A stretch of 64,000 nucleotides of DNA, from NCBI GenBank assembly GCA_041482115.1, contig JBGPDC010000004.1:354-64353 (forward strand), given 5' to 3'. Source of the DNA: Terriglobia bacterium. GTDB lineage: Bacteria > Acidobacteriota > Terriglobia > Bryobacterales > JACQDG01. Both the position numbers and the translations under genes were made by a program. This document shows positions 26,561 to 40,989 of the stretch, one piece after another. Position 1 is the first letter of the stretch. The number at the start of each line of letters is the position of its first letter. The notes below the pieces were generated by a model, which worked only from the letters and a program-made list of their open reading frames with translations, was not told the origin of the DNA and did no database searches.

Positions 26561-27951
26561 GCGGACACCATTACTTCCTCGGGCACTTCCTCGGGCGCCA
26601 GTTGCACCACAAAGCAGCTCCCGGCGTGGTCCGGCTCGTACCGCAAGTCGCCCCCGCAGGATCGAATCATGGCCCTCGAAATATACAGGCCGAGGCCATG
26701 GGAGGCCGCGCCTTGCTGAAAGGGCTGGAAAAGCCGGTCGGGGACCGGTACGCCGGGGCCGGAGTCCCGGAGGTGCACCCGCACCCAGTTATCCTCGCGG
26801 TTGGCCGCGATGGTAAGCTGCCGGATTTCGCACTTACGCAGGGCCCGCCGGCTGTTTTGGCAGATGTTCAAGAACACCTGCAGCAGGTGGTGATGGTCCG
26901 CCTGGACCCGCGGCAGATCCGGAGCCACCTGCCAGGAAACCTGGACCCCCGCCGCGCGGAAGGGAGGCTCGATTACGATGCGAAGCTCATCGAGCACCGT
27001 ACGGAGATCGATGGCGGCGAGCGGCTGGTCCGTGGCCAGGCGCAGCTCGGAGGCCGCCAGCACCTCCAGGCCCGCCACCAGCGTGCCGAGCGCCCGGTAG
27101 TCCTTATCTTCGGCGAGCTCGGTGTGCCGGCCCAGGTTGATGTACGCGGCGCGCGCGGCGGCGCACAGGTTGCGGACCTCGTGGGATACGGCGCCTACCA
27201 GGATCCGGGAAGTGACGACCGAGGAGTGTAGGGCGAGGTCCTCCCGGTCGCGCAGCTCCTCGGAGCCGTCGCGCACCACGGCCGCCAGCCGCATTCCGGA
27301 AGTGGTCTCGTAAGTCGAGAACCACACCTGGGCCAAAAAGACTTCGCCCTGGCGGGTGCGCCCGGTGCATTCCATGCTGGCCCGGAAGAAACGCTTGGCC
27401 CCCGCCGCCCGAGGCACGGCGGCGACCGCGGGCAGCAAAGAACCGATGGACTGGCCTGCCAGGGTGCCCGCGTCGAAGCCGAGCATGCGGTGCGCGGCCT
27501 CGTTAGCCAGCAGCACCTCTTCCTGCATGTTGAGAACGAGGATCGCTATAGGGCTGCTCTCGATCAGGATCCGCATCTGCTCCTCGGCGTCCTGACGCAG
27601 GCGAGACTGCTCCAGTGCCAGCCGGCGGACGCGGGCGAGCTCAGAGACGAAGAAACCAGCCCCCAGATAGGTGGCCGAGACCAGGGTGAGGCGCGTGATG
27701 GCGTTAGCATCCCAGGCCCCCGGCGAAACCGCCTCGCGCAGCAGCGCGCAAAACAGCGCTACGCCCACAATCGGCCAGCGACTGAGATAGTAGCCGGCGA
27801 TCAAGATGGGGAACAGGTAGAGCGTCCCCAGGGCCACGCTGTGGGTCCGCCACTGCACGAGCGCATTGACGGCGATCAGAGCGGCCGTGGCGGCCAGCAG
27901 CTTCAGTCGTTTGGATTCCGAGACGTCGTCGATGGCCAGCGCCACTCTCAT
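26557..27951 (-). CDS. Membrane PAS sensor histidine kinase
   Basis: TM region, PAS domain, SHEVRN, QVFLN, DSGPG, GLGLYIS. Confidence 0.9.
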   Translation of the reverse strand: MRVALAIDDVSESKRLKLLAATAALIAVNALVQWRTHSVALGTLYLFPILIAGYYLSRWPIVGVALFCALLREAVSPGAWDANAITRLTLVSATYLGAGFFVSELARVRRLALEQSRLRQDAEEQMRILIESSPIAILVLNMQEEVLLANEAAHRMLGFDAGTLAGQSIGSLLPAVAAVPRAAGAKRFFRASMECTGRTRQGEVFLAQVWFSTYETTSGMRLAAVVRDGSEELRDREDLALHSSVVTSRILVGAVSHEVRNLCAAARAAYINLGRHTELAEDKDYRALGTLVAGLEVLAASELRLATDQPLAAIDLRTVLDELRIVIEPPFRAAGVQVSWQVAPDLPRVQADHHHLLQVFLNICQNSRRALRKCEIRQLTIAANREDNWVRVHLRDSGPGVPVPDRLFQPFQQGAASHGLGLYISRAMIRSCGGDLRYEPDHAGSCFVVQLAPEEVPEEVMVSA

Positions 27952-28168
27952 GATCGGACGGACACTCGTCCGGTTGCCATTATAGGGGCGGGGTCCCGCG
28001 ATAATGGGCCTTTCGCGGCCGGTAGAGGATCTTAGTTACCGGTTTAGAGGGTTTGGCCGGACGCGGCTAGAGAATTGGCCTTAGAACCGGACCGCCTCGA
28101 CGGCTAGGCCACCCGAGCGCGAACCGAACGTTTCTGGGTGAGATCACTCGGGTCGATAAGAGGTACAA

Positions 28169-30607
28169 GTGATCAAGCGACCCAGGCTCACCGTCTTTTA
28201 CTCTTGCTTTATCCTCGCGGCCGGAGCGGCAGCGGCGGTGCACATGGCGCACCAGCCCGCCCCGGTCTCAGCCGGCACCTTTGTCTTCCTGCTGTTCTTC
28301 GCCTGTGGGACCTCGGCGCTCAAAATCAAGCTGCCAGGTGTGACTCAGTCGGTCCCGCTCTCGTTTGTGTTCAGCTTCACCGCCGTTACGGAGCTGCCGG
28401 CTGGGTATGCCTTCCTCGTCGCGGCCCTAGCGCTTCTTTATGACAAGTTGGAGGACCTGCGCCAGGAGTCGGCATGGAAAGGGTTCACCTTCGACCTGGC
28501 TTCCACGGCGGTCTCTACGCTGGTCACCTCCTGGACCTATCATTGGCTTCTGGAGGGAGGGGGTTTAAAGCCGCTGGTGGCCTTAGGAGCCGGCGCCGCA
28601 GTCTATTACGCGGTCAGCAGTCTTACCGGGGCCGTGCTGCTGGCCTTCGAGGAGAGCAAAACGCCGTGGAGGATGTGGAGCGAGCGGTTTTTCTGGATGG
28701 GACCGCTCTACCTGCTGATCCCCGTGGCCGCCGGGATCACGGCGATGCTGCCCAGCGCTACCGAGGCGGCCAACCGGTTGTTAGGGCTCGCTCTGCTCTA
28801 CGGAGGCTACCGTTACATCAAGCAGTACTTCGGCCGTCTGCACGACGAACAGGACCATGCGCGTCGTCTGGATGACATCCGCCAGCGGACGATCGAGGCG
28901 CTGGCGGTGGCCATCGAGGCCAAAGACGGCGCGACCGCCGGGCACCTGCGGCGGGTGCGGCGCCATGCCCTCCGCCTGGCCAAGAAGTTGTGCGTTTCCG
29001 AGTACGAAATCAAGACGCTGGAGTTGGGAGCGCTCCTGCACGACGTTGGTAAGGTCGGTGTTCCGGACTACATCCTCGGAAAGCCCGGCTGCCTCACCGA
29101 GCAGGAGTTTCGCCAGCTCTCGGTGCATACGCAGATCGGAGCGGACATCGTAACCGCCGTGGAATTTCCTTACCCGGTGGAGCAGATCGTGATGAACCAC
29201 CATGAACACTGGGACGGCTCCGGCTACCCGCGGCAGCTCTGCGGGGATCAGATTCCCCGCCTCGCCCGTGTGCTCACGGTGGTGGACTGCTTCGACGCCC
29301 TGATCACCGACCGGCCCTACCGGGGAGCGCTGCCTATCGAGAAGGCGGTCGAGATCATGCAGGAGCAGCGCGGAAAGTTGTTCGACCCGGAGATTCTGGA
29401 CACCTTCCTGGAGGAGGTGCCGCTGTTGGCGGAGGACCTGGACCGGGAACTCAAATTGGAGCGCACCCGCAAGGTGCTCGACCAGGCGCCCCGGCCCACG
29501 GCACGGCAGACGTGGATGTCGGATGGGGCCACCCGCGATGCCGCGCTGCGCCGCCTGACGCTTGAGAAGCTCTCGTCGGAGCCCGAGCAACTGGTGCTGC
29601 TCTACGATATTCTGCAATTGCTCGGCGCCAGTCTCGACTTGCGGCAGACCCTCCAGAAGACGCTGGCTATGTTCCGCCGCACTATTCCTTTCGAGATCGG
29701 CGGCGTATTCCTGCTGCAAGACGGCCAGTACCTGCTGGCGGCCGCCGATGGCCTGCCGGACCATTGCATCGGCAGACTGAGTCTGCCGGCTGAGCAGGGG
29801 GTCTTTGCGAACGCCATGGTCGCCCAGCGGCCCGTGGTGGTCCCCGGAGCGCCCGTCGATCTGGGGGTGGGGCTGAGCCGGTATCTGGTCAACCTTCGCT
29901 CGACTCTCGCCGTGCCTCTGATCGCGGAAGGAGGCGATCGCCCGGCCGGCGGCCTGCTGCTAGGCTCGATGACGTGCGACCACTTCAACCTCGAGCAGGC
30001 CTGGTTCGTGGGGCTGCTCAGCGGCAAGCTGGCCGCCGTGATTCATGCCGCTCGGGAGGTGGAGGCGCTCCGGACGGAAGCCGTCACCGATCCGCTCTCC
30101 CGGCTGCCCAACGCGCGTGCGACCTACCAGCGCTTGGAGACGGAAGTCGAGCGCGCCTGCCGGCAGGAGACGCCGCTGGCCGTATTGTTTCTCGACTTGG
30201 ACGGCTTTAAAGAGATCAACGACACCCACGGTCACACCGCCGGGGACCGCGTGCTGGCGGAAACCGGGGAGCGCTTGAGGGCCGGCTTGCGGCCCTACGA
30301 CTTCATCGGGCGCGTGGGCGGAGACGAATTTGTCGCTATTCTGCCGGGCATGGATCCGGTGAACTTGCCGGCCAAGATCGACTCCCTGAAGAAGTTGGTC
30401 GCTCGGAACCTGGTCAGTCTTCCCGAAGGACAACAGGTTTCCACCAGCGTCAGCATCGGCACGTCGCTCTATCCCGAAGATGGCCGCGAGGCCGACGATT
30501 TGATCTTTCGGGCCGACCAGAGGATGTACGACGAAAAGCGCGGCAAAGGAATGCTCTGCCGTAGCCCCGTTCCCGCGATTTCGGCTCAGCCCCGGACCGT
30601 GGGCTAA
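28169..30607 (+). CDS. Membrane HD-GYP / GAF / GGDEF c-di-GMP signalling protein
   Basis: LLHDVGK, HHEHWDGSGYP, RPYD I-site, RVGGDEF. Confidence 0.9.
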   Translation: MIKRPRLTVFYSCFILAAGAAAAVHMAHQPAPVSAGTFVFLLFFACGTSALKIKLPGVTQSVPLSFVFSFTAVTELPAGYAFLVAALALLYDKLEDLRQESAWKGFTFDLASTAVSTLVTSWTYHWLLEGGGLKPLVALGAGAAVYYAVSSLTGAVLLAFEESKTPWRMWSERFFWMGPLYLLIPVAAGITAMLPSATEAANRLLGLALLYGGYRYIKQYFGRLHDEQDHARRLDDIRQRTIEALAVAIEAKDGATAGHLRRVRRHALRLAKKLCVSEYEIKTLELGALLHDVGKVGVPDYILGKPGCLTEQEFRQLSVHTQIGADIVTAVEFPYPVEQIVMNHHEHWDGSGYPRQLCGDQIPRLARVLTVVDCFDALITDRPYRGALPIEKAVEIMQEQRGKLFDPEILDTFLEEVPLLAEDLDRELKLERTRKVLDQAPRPTARQTWMSDGATRDAALRRLTLEKLSSEPEQLVLLYDILQLLGASLDLRQTLQKTLAMFRRTIPFEIGGVFLLQDGQYLLAAADGLPDHCIGRLSLPAEQGVFANAMVAQRPVVVPGAPVDLGVGLSRYLVNLRSTLAVPLIAEGGDRPAGGLLLGSMTCDHFNLEQAWFVGLLSGKLAAVIHAAREVEALRTEAVTDPLSRLPNARATYQRLETEVERACRQETPLAVLFLDLDGFKEINDTHGHTAGDRVLAETGERLRAGLRPYDFIGRVGGDEFVAILPGMDPVNLPAKIDSLKKLVARNLVSLPEGQQVSTSVSIGTSLYPEDGREADDLIFRADQRMYDEKRGKGMLCRSPVPAISAQPRTVG

Positions 30608-30709
30608 GGACACTATTTCGCAGACGCGGTTTACGCCTTTTCACAGCCTGCTAAGCGTCGCCCCCTTGTGCTATAAAGGATTGTTTTGGATACCGTTAGC
30701 AATTTCTAT

Positions 30710-30843
30710 GTGCGGTAGCCAGCGGCGGGCGCGCCGGAGGCTCATAGAGGGCATGGGACCGGGCGTACCGCAGCTTCAGCGGCCTTACGCCTGCCGCGCC
30801 CGCAGTCCCAACCCTGTCGGCTCACGGTGAGAACCTGGGGCAC
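30710..30843 (+). ncRNA. Candidate structured cis-regulatory leader of hppA
   Basis: Nested helices plus a 9-bp crossing helix (see findings). Confidence 0.4.
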
Positions 30844-30874
30844 AAAGTACGTTGACTTGAGAGGAGAATCCTGA

Positions 30875-33061
<2,187 letters not shown>

Positions 33062-33080
33062 GTTGTTTGGGAGAATCCCC

Positions 33081-34094
33081 TTGAGCGAGCATCCGACACC
33101 GGAACACATCATGCAGGTGGGCCTGGGCTTCTGGGCCTCGAAGACACTCTTGAGCGCCGTCGAGATGGGCCTGTTTACTGAGCTGGCCCACCGTCCCGAG
33201 GATCTCGAAACACTGCGGGGTAGGCTGGGCCTGCACCCGCGCTCGGCGCACGACTTCTTAGACACGCTCGTGGCCTTGGGCTTCTTGCAACGCCGGGACG
33301 GCAAGTACTACAACACCCCGTCCACGGATCTGTTCCTGGATAAACGGAAGCCGACCTATATCGGCGGGATTCTCGAGATGGCCAACCAGCGCCTCTTCGG
33401 ACACTGGAACCATCTGACCGAAGCCTTACGCACGGGCAAGCAGCAGAACGAGTCCAAAGAAGATGGCGGCGCCTCGCCGTTTGAAGCACTCTATGCCGAT
33501 CCCGCCCGGCTGCGGGGATTCCTGGCGGCCATGAGCGGCATCAGCCGGGGCGCCAGCCTCGCCATCGCCGAAAAGTTCCCCTGGAATAAATACCAGACTT
33601 ACGTCGATGTAGGCACGGCGCAGGGCGACACCGCAGTGCAAATGGCCCTGGCCCATCCGCACCTCAGCGGGACCGGCTTTGACCTTCCGGAGGTCGGGCC
33701 GATCTTCGAGGAATACGTGGAAAGTCACGGCCTCTCCGGGCGGCTCCGCTTCGCGGCCGGAAGCTTCTTTGAGGACCCCTTGCCGGCCGCTGACGTGATC
33801 ATCATGGGCCACATCCTGCACGACTGGGGTCTGGACATCAAGAGGATGCTGATCGGCAAGGCGTACGATGCGGTTCCGGAGGGCGGCGCCTTGATCGTCT
33901 ACGAAAGCATCATCGATGACGATCGGTCCAAGAACGCCTTCGGCCTGCTGATGAGCCTGAACATGCTCATCGAAACCCCGGCGGGATTCGATTATACCGG
34001 GGCCGATTGCCAGGGCTGGATGAAAGAAGCCGGGTTCCGTCACACGCGCGTCGAACACCTGGTCGGGCCGGATTCGATGGTGGTCGGGGTTTAA
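33081..34094 (+). CDS. SAM-dependent O-methyltransferase (dimerisation plus Methyltransf_2 domains)
   Basis: [34 protein letters not shown] start with GGGAG upstream. Confidence 0.9.
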   Translation: MSEHPTPEHIMQVGLGFWASKTLLSAVEMGLFTELAHRPEDLETLRGRLGLHPRSAHDFLDTLVALGFLQRRDGKYYNTPSTDLFLDKRKPTYIGGILEMANQRLFGHWNHLTEALRTGKQQNESKEDGGASPFEALYADPARLRGFLAAMSGISRGASLAIAEKFPWNKYQTYVDVGTAQGDTAVQMALAHPHLSGTGFDLPEVGPIFEEYVESHGLSGRLRFAAGSFFEDPLPAADVIIMGHILHDWGLDIKRMLIGKAYDAVPEGGALIVYESIIDDDRSKNAFGLLMSLNMLIETPAGFDYTGADCQGWMKEAGFRHTRVEHLVGPDSMVVGV

Positions 34095-34106
34095 GTAGAG
34101 CTCACC

Positions 34107-34604
34107 TCAGGAAGGGGGGCAAGAATTCAGCCGCCGGCCCGCCGGCAGGCGACTTAGCCCACAGAACTCCGCCAAACGCTCCTCGGTCGAACGGAGCCGT
34201 TCGGCGACCAGTTCCGTCAGACCATGGAACACTTCAACCCCTAACGCCGGCTCCTCCCGGCACAGCGGTGCCAGGCGGGCGGCATCCAGGCGCAGGGCGT
34301 CCGACTCTTCCCGCGCCCGGACTCGAAAGGCGGTATGGTGCTGGTCCAACAGAGAGGACCATCCAAAGACCTTCCCCGGCCCGAGCGCCTGAATGCAGAT
34401 CGTATAGACTGAAGCGCTTATCTCGATGCACACCAACCCGGAAGTGAGCAGATAGAGGTAGGGAGAGCTCTCTCCGGCGGCGAAGACGATCTGGTCCTCG
34501 TGGAAGGTGACCACCTCGGCCAGATCCTCTAACTTTTCGAGTCCTGGCAGGCCCTTAGTGAAGGGATGCTGCCGCAGGGCCTGTCGGATGCGCATCCGTG
34601 CCAT
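34107..34604 (-). CDS. Stand-alone cyclic-nucleotide-binding (Crp-like) domain protein
   Basis: HPFTKGL...VFAAGE...LGPGKVFGWSSLL; no HTH. Confidence 0.75.
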   Translation of the reverse strand: MARMRIRQALRQHPFTKGLPGLEKLEDLAEVVTFHEDQIVFAAGESSPYLYLLTSGLVCIEISASVYTICIQALGPGKVFGWSSLLDQHHTAFRVRAREESDALRLDAARLAPLCREEPALGVEVFHGLTELVAERLRSTEERLAEFCGLSRLPAGRRLNSCPPS

Positions 34605-34740
34605 ATTCCCCACCAGTTGGGGCAAATTGCCCAACATAATCGCATTTGGCGGCTCCGGGCTTGTCATCAAGCGCTAGAGGAGCAATTAGGGGGCCAGTCT
34701 TCGAGTAAGGCGGGAGGAGGGCAAGGCCCGGTGGGGACCG

Positions 34741-37179
34741 CTAGTCGTGTTTCGCAAAGGCCCAGGCGAGCAGCGCTGACTGCTCCAACTGGTGAGCCTT
34801 CATCGACCCGGTGGCGGGACTGGCGCTTGCCGACCGCTTTACCGTCCGCACGAACCGGCCGCCGCTCAACTGCTCCAGCCGCGGCTGGACGAAAAGGAGC
34901 GCGCCCATGTTGGCCGGCTCTTCCTGAATCCACACCAGCTCACCGCCGCCGTGCCGCTCGAGTTCCGCTGCGAGCGCCGCCTCCGGGAAAGGATAGAGCT
35001 GTTCCAGTACCACCACGGCGGTAGACTCGTCTCCGCGCCGCTGGCGCTCCGCGCGCAGTTCGTGGCAGATTTTTCCAGTGCAGATCAGGATCCTGTCTGC
35101 CTTGGACACTTCCGGGTCGGCAATCACCGTCTGGAATCCCCCGCGCATCAGGTCGTCCGGCATGGCGGCGGCCTGGGGATCGCGCAACAAGCTTTTCGGC
35201 GTAAAGACCACCAGCGGCTTGCGCCACCGCCGCAGCGCTTGCCGCCGCAACAGGTGAAAGTATTGCGCCGCCGTGGAAGGCTGGCAAACCTGCAAGTTGT
35301 CTTCTCCGGCCAATTGCAGAAAGCGTTCGACGCGCGCGCTCGAATGCTCCGGCCCTTGCCCCTCATACCCGTGCGGGAGAAGCATCACCAGGCCGGAAAG
35401 CAGGCCCCATTTGTCTTCCGTGGCGCTGAGGAACTGATCGATGATCACCTGCGCCCCATTGGCGAAGTCTCCGAACTGCGCCTCCCACAGCACCAAAGCT
35501 TCCGGATAGTCGCGGCTGAAGCCGAACTCGAAACCCAATGCGGCCGCTTCGGACAAAGGTGTGTCATAGCAGTCAAACGCCGCTTGCTCCGGGTGCAAGT
35601 GCGCCAGCGGAACATACTCGTGTTCGTTTTCCACATCGATCCACACCGCGTGGCGCTGATTAAAGGTTCCCCGGCGCGAGTCCTCGCCGCTCAAGCGCAC
35701 CCGCGTCCCTTCCCACAACAGGGAGCCGAAGGCCAAGGCTTCGGCCATGCCCCAATCGAGCGGACGCTTCCCCAGTGCCATCTCTTGCCGGTGCTCGAGC
35801 CCCCGCTTCACTTTGGGGTGGACATGGAAGTCCGCTGGCGCGTTGGTAATACGCTCCGCGATCTCTCGCAGTCTCGCTGACTCGATGGCGGTCTCGACTT
35901 CCAATGACAAATCGTAACGGCCGCCCTCGTACGGGGACCAGTATTCCGGCAGTTCTCGCAGCACCGGAATTTCGCGCGCCTCCTTAGCCTGCCCCTGCTC
36001 GTTCTCTAATTCCTTGCGAACTCTTTCCGCAAGTTCTTGGGCGGCCTCGCGGCTTACCCCACTCGTTTCAGCGTAGGTCTTCCAAAGCGGGGGAAGCTTT
36101 TCAATCTTGCGGTACAGAGCCGGCTGCGTGGTGGTCGGATCTTCCACTTCGCTGTGCCCGTGGCGGCGATAGCCGATCAGGTCCACGATCACATCGCTTT
36201 GAAAGGCGTACCGGTATTCCAAGGCCAGTCGCGCCACCCGCACGACCGCCTCCGGGTCTTCTCCGTTGACGTGAAAAATGGGAATCGGCAGACGCTTGGC
36301 GACATCCGAGGCATAGCGTGAGGAGTGCAGGTCCCTTGGAGCGGTCGTAAAGCCGATCAGGTTGTTAACGATGACGTGAATCGTCCCGCCCACGTCGAAG
36401 CCGCGCAGCTCCGCCAGGTTTAGCGTCTCAGCCACAATCCCCTGTCCGGCAAAGGCGGCATCGCCGTGCAGCGTGACCGGCAGAACCTCCATCCGGCCTC
36501 GCGGGCCCCGGCGGTCCTGCTTGGCTCGCACCCGGCCCGCCACCACAGGATCTACGGCCTCCAGATGGCTGGCATTTGAAACCAGGCCAACGCGCATGCG
36601 GCGGCCCTCATCGCCGGTGTACTCTCCCGTGGCGCCGACGTGATATTTCACATCCCCGCCTCCCAGCACGCTGCGCGGGTCCACATCCTCGAAGCCGGCC
36701 ATCACTTCCGCCGGCCGCTTGCCCACGATATGGACCATGACGTTGAGCCGCCCGCGATGGCTCATGCCCAACAGGATCTCGGTCGCGCCCAGTCCGGCCG
36801 CCCCCACCAGGATTTCGTCGAGTAAGGGGATTAGCGCGGTCGCGCCTTCCAGGGAATAACGCTTGGTTCCCAGGTACCGAATCTGCAGGACGCGCTCAAA
36901 CGTGTCGCCCCGTACCAGGCGCTCCAAGATTCGCGGGCGGTCCGGAGCGGGAAAGCTCGATTCCATCCGGTCGCGGATCCAGCGGCAGCGATCCGGATAG
37001 GGCAGGTGCAGAAACTCGACGCCGATCGAGCCGCAATAGACGGCCCGGCCGCGTTCGGCCGCCTCGCCGCTCAGCGCCAGGTCCGGATGCGGCTGCGGTT
37101 CCAACCGGCCCAGGGGATCAAGGTTCGCCTGGAGGTAGCCCCACCGCGCAAACGCCTCCGGAATCTCCCGATCGCTCAT
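34741..37179 (-). CDS. sucA: 2-oxoglutarate dehydrogenase E1 component (short form)
   Basis: GMSHRGRLN, GDVKYH, HGDAAFAGQG, WEAQFGDF, LPHGYEGQGPEHSS. Confidence 0.93.
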   Translation of the reverse strand: MSDREIPEAFARWGYLQANLDPLGRLEPQPHPDLALSGEAAERGRAVYCGSIGVEFLHLPYPDRCRWIRDRMESSFPAPDRPRILERLVRGDTFERVLQIRYLGTKRYSLEGATALIPLLDEILVGAAGLGATEILLGMSHRGRLNVMVHIVGKRPAEVMAGFEDVDPRSVLGGGDVKYHVGATGEYTGDEGRRMRVGLVSNASHLEAVDPVVAGRVRAKQDRRGPRGRMEVLPVTLHGDAAFAGQGIVAETLNLAELRGFDVGGTIHVIVNNLIGFTTAPRDLHSSRYASDVAKRLPIPIFHVNGEDPEAVVRVARLALEYRYAFQSDVIVDLIGYRRHGHSEVEDPTTTQPALYRKIEKLPPLWKTYAETSGVSREAAQELAERVRKELENEQGQAKEAREIPVLRELPEYWSPYEGGRYDLSLEVETAIESARLREIAERITNAPADFHVHPKVKRGLEHRQEMALGKRPLDWGMAEALAFGSLLWEGTRVRLSGEDSRRGTFNQRHAVWIDVENEHEYVPLAHLHPEQAAFDCYDTPLSEAAALGFEFGFSRDYPEALVLWEAQFGDFANGAQVIIDQFLSATEDKWGLLSGLVMLLPHGYEGQGPEHSSARVERFLQLAGEDNLQVCQPSTAAQYFHLLRRQALRRWRKPLVVFTPKSLLRDPQAAAMPDDLMRGGFQTVIADPEVSKADRILICTGKICHELRAERQRRGDESTAVVVLEQLYPFPEAALAAELERHGGGELVWIQEEPANMGALLFVQPRLEQLSGGRFVRTVKRSASASPATGSMKAHQLEQSALLAWAFAKHD

Positions 37180-37189
37180 ACCTACCGAG

Positions 37190-39548
<2,359 letters not shown>

Positions 39549-39552
<4 letters not shown>

Positions 39553-40241
39553 GCCAGCACCTTGTCTTTCGCGTAGCAGAGGGACTCCAGATTGCACCTC
39601 CCGCACGCCGGCTTGCGGGCCACGCAGACCTGGCGCCCGTGGTGGATGATCTGGTGTGAGAAGAGAATCCACTTCTCCTGCGGGATTATCTTCATCAGGT
39701 CTCGCTCGATCTTGCCGGGGTCCTTCTCTTTCGTAAGGTCCAGGCGGTTCGCGATGCGCTGGACGTGGGTATCGACCACCACGCCTACCGCCTTCCCGAA
39801 TGCCGTGCCGAGCACCACGTTGGCCGTCTTGCGCGCCGCGCCCGGGACCTGGAGCATCTCTTCCATCGTCTGCGGGACCTTCCCGTCAAACTCGGCGAGG
39901 ATCTTCTTGGCCGCGCCGATCAGGGACTTAGCCTTGTTGCGGAAAAAGCCCGTCGAGCGGATGTCTTTCTCGATCACGACCTGCCGGGCCGCGGCGAAAT
40001 CCTGAATCGTAGGGTATTTCGCGAACAAGCCCGGCGTGACCAGGTTCACGCGCTTGTCGGTGCATTGGGCGGAGAGAATCGTCGCCACCAGCAACTCCCA
40101 CGCGTTGCCGTGGGTCAGAGCGCACTGGACATCCGGGTACGCTTCGTCGAGACGGTGGAGGATTGCGGCGACCCGGGCCTGGCGTTCGGCGGCGGTGCGG
40201 GGACGGGCGACCCGCCGGCGGGCGGTGCTCGCGGCAGGCAT
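39549..40241 (-). CDS. nth: Endonuclease III
   Basis: ILSAQCTD, PGAARKTANVV, VDTHV, CVARKPACGRC 4Fe-4S motif. Confidence 0.95.
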
Positions 40242-40247
40242 CGGAGC

Positions 40248-40958
40248 TTAGCCCAGCGTCTCGATCATGCCGTCGACGCTCTTCAGCACGCAGGTGAAGA
40301 TCGGGGTATCCCGCACCGTGTACTTGCTGCCGTCGGTATCGCGCAATTCCATGACCAGGTCCACAAAATCTTCCGGGTGATCGCTCTCGAAGGCGACCAC
40401 GAAGTCCTGGTCATCGAGGCCGAAGGAATAAGTCGTGTTCAGCTTGACGCTCGGGTATTTATGCCCGACCGCAATGTGCTCGTTCATCATGCCCTGCCGT
40501 GTAGGCATGTTCAACAAGTACCATTCTCTGGTCTTTACGAAGGGATAGATAAAGAGATACTTGAACTTCCCCGGGACCAGCGTCCCGCGCGAGTCGGCCT
40601 GCCCTTCGTGCTCGTGGCCGATGATGTAGGTCGAGCGCTTGGTCATCGACACGAAGCTGTGGGACGTCCGCAGATAGCGCCCGAGACCCGTCTGCGATAC
40701 CTCGGTGGACATCTGCTGCAGGTCCTCGAGTTGGTAGCAAATGCGCCACAACATGAGGTCGGAATCGGCCCGGATACCCACGGTCGAGTAGGGCAGGACG
40801 AGCATCTGGCCGGGCTGGGTCCACGAGGTAATCTTGCGGCACAACTCCACACGGTCCCGCTGTTTCTGCTCTTCCGGCAGCAGGCGCCAGGCCGGATCCA
40901 GTTTGTACATGATGAAGTTGACGATTTGACGACGCGGTTGGTCTTCAGTCTGCGACAT
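40248..40958 (-). CDS. Chlorite dismutase family protein, probably coproheme decarboxylase (ChdC/HemQ)
   Basis: IYPFVK, WY, EH proximal His, SFGLDDQDFVVAFE; no distal Arg. Confidence 0.8.
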   Translation of the reverse strand: MSQTEDQPRRQIVNFIMYKLDPAWRLLPEEQKQRDRVELCRKITSWTQPGQMLVLPYSTVGIRADSDLMLWRICYQLEDLQQMSTEVSQTGLGRYLRTSHSFVSMTKRSTYIIGHEHEGQADSRGTLVPGKFKYLFIYPFVKTREWYLLNMPTRQGMMNEHIAVGHKYPSVKLNTTYSFGLDDQDFVVAFESDHPEDFVDLVMELRDTDGSKYTVRDTPIFTCVLKSVDGMIETLG

Positions 40959-40989
40959 AATCAAGTACTCCGGAAGCACTCATCATAAC

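Noticed and set aside
30755..30795. Na+ (DUF1646) riboswitch before hppA
   Set aside because: Only a superficial gggcg...agcttca likeness to my recollection of the motif, and the enzyme has the Lys signature of the K+-independent type.
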